Origin: Acinetobacter phage 133
Direction: 5' to 3' (one strand)
DNA: 64,000 nucleotides
Sequence record: HM114315.1
Below are positions 63,751 to 64,000 of the stretch, one piece after another. The number at the start of each line of letters is the position of its first letter. The stretch's first letter is position 1. Under the pieces are notes generated by a model. That model had not been told where the DNA came from. It made no database searches and worked only from the letters and a program-made list of their open reading frames with translations. The position numbers and the translations under genes were made by a program.

Positions 63751-63975
63751 TTATCCTCGTAATTTCTTTGCGTTGAGTATCATATAACCGTCTAGATCAA
63801 AGTGAAACATTCCGAGCATTGACGCTGTGGGGTCGCCTGCAGAAGAGTATACTTCATAAATGGCATAGTCATAATCCATATCGGAATTAATATATTTAAC
63901 CAAGTATTTCCCCGGTTCTAAAATAGGGTCTTGATTTATTCTAAACGGCGGGTCATATACAATATCCGGACCCAA
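63751..63975 (-). CDS. hypothetical protein (74 aa)
   Basis: Minus-strand ORF near the window end. Confidence 0.4.
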   Translation of the reverse strand: MGPDIVYDPPFRINQDPILEPGKYLVKYINSDMDYDYAIYEVYSSAGDPTASMLGMFHFDLDGYMILNAKKLRG

Positions 63976-64000
63976 ATTGATTTTAGGGTCAAAGGTATAA

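Noticed and set aside
1-64000. CRISPR arrays, tRNA/rRNA genes, integrase or transposase genes
   Set aside because: No direct-repeat/spacer arrays, no cloverleaf-like GC-rich ~75-nt islands in intergenic regions, and no recombinase-like ORFs were seen. The short intergenic spaces are occupied by terminator hairpins and promoters. The T4 tRNA cluster would lie beyond this window.

Overview
This window reads as the start of a T4-like (Tevenvirinae) myovirus genome. It begins with a complete rIIA and runs through the replication, recombination and early/middle gene block. Every credible gene is on the minus strand and tightly packed, often with ATGA or TAATG start/stop overlaps. Recognisable T4 homologues, in order of increasing coordinate: rIIA, topoisomerase II large subunit (a single fused 39+60 ORF), dexA, dda, RNA ligase 2, dCTPase gp56, primase gp61, helicase gp41, UvsX, Imm, DNA polymerase gp43, RegA, clamp loader gp62/gp44, clamp gp45, RpbA, gp46/gp47, late sigma gp55, NrdH-like glutaredoxin and endonuclease VII gp49. 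DNA polymerase gene 43 is split into an N-terminal cistron (43A, 42070..43590) and a C-terminal cistron (43B, 37974..39152) by a 2.9-kb insertion. The insertion carries eight ORFs, its own terminators and an early-type promoter, and includes a four-gene translationally coupled cassette ending in a macro-domain (ADP-ribose processing) protein. Split gene 43 is known from Aeromonas T4-like phages, and the ~42% GC content and overall content are consistent with such a phage. Other accessory content: two HNH and one GIY-YIG homing-endonuclease-like genes; an Amidase_3-like gene; an SLT-domain secreted protein inside a cluster of signal-peptide and lipoprotein genes; a Pol-beta-type nucleotidyltransferase next to a DksA/TraR zinc-finger protein; a calcineurin-like phosphoesterase; and several internal paralogue families. 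A ~50-nt palindromic intergenic element (GGGGCTCACGTGAGCCCC after an A-tract) occurs four times. Many rho-independent terminator hairpins, two T4 late promoters (TATAAATA) and candidate early/middle promoters are visible. No glucosyltransferase genes, gene 42, nrdD/nrdG or tRNAs lie at their T4-canonical positions in this window.
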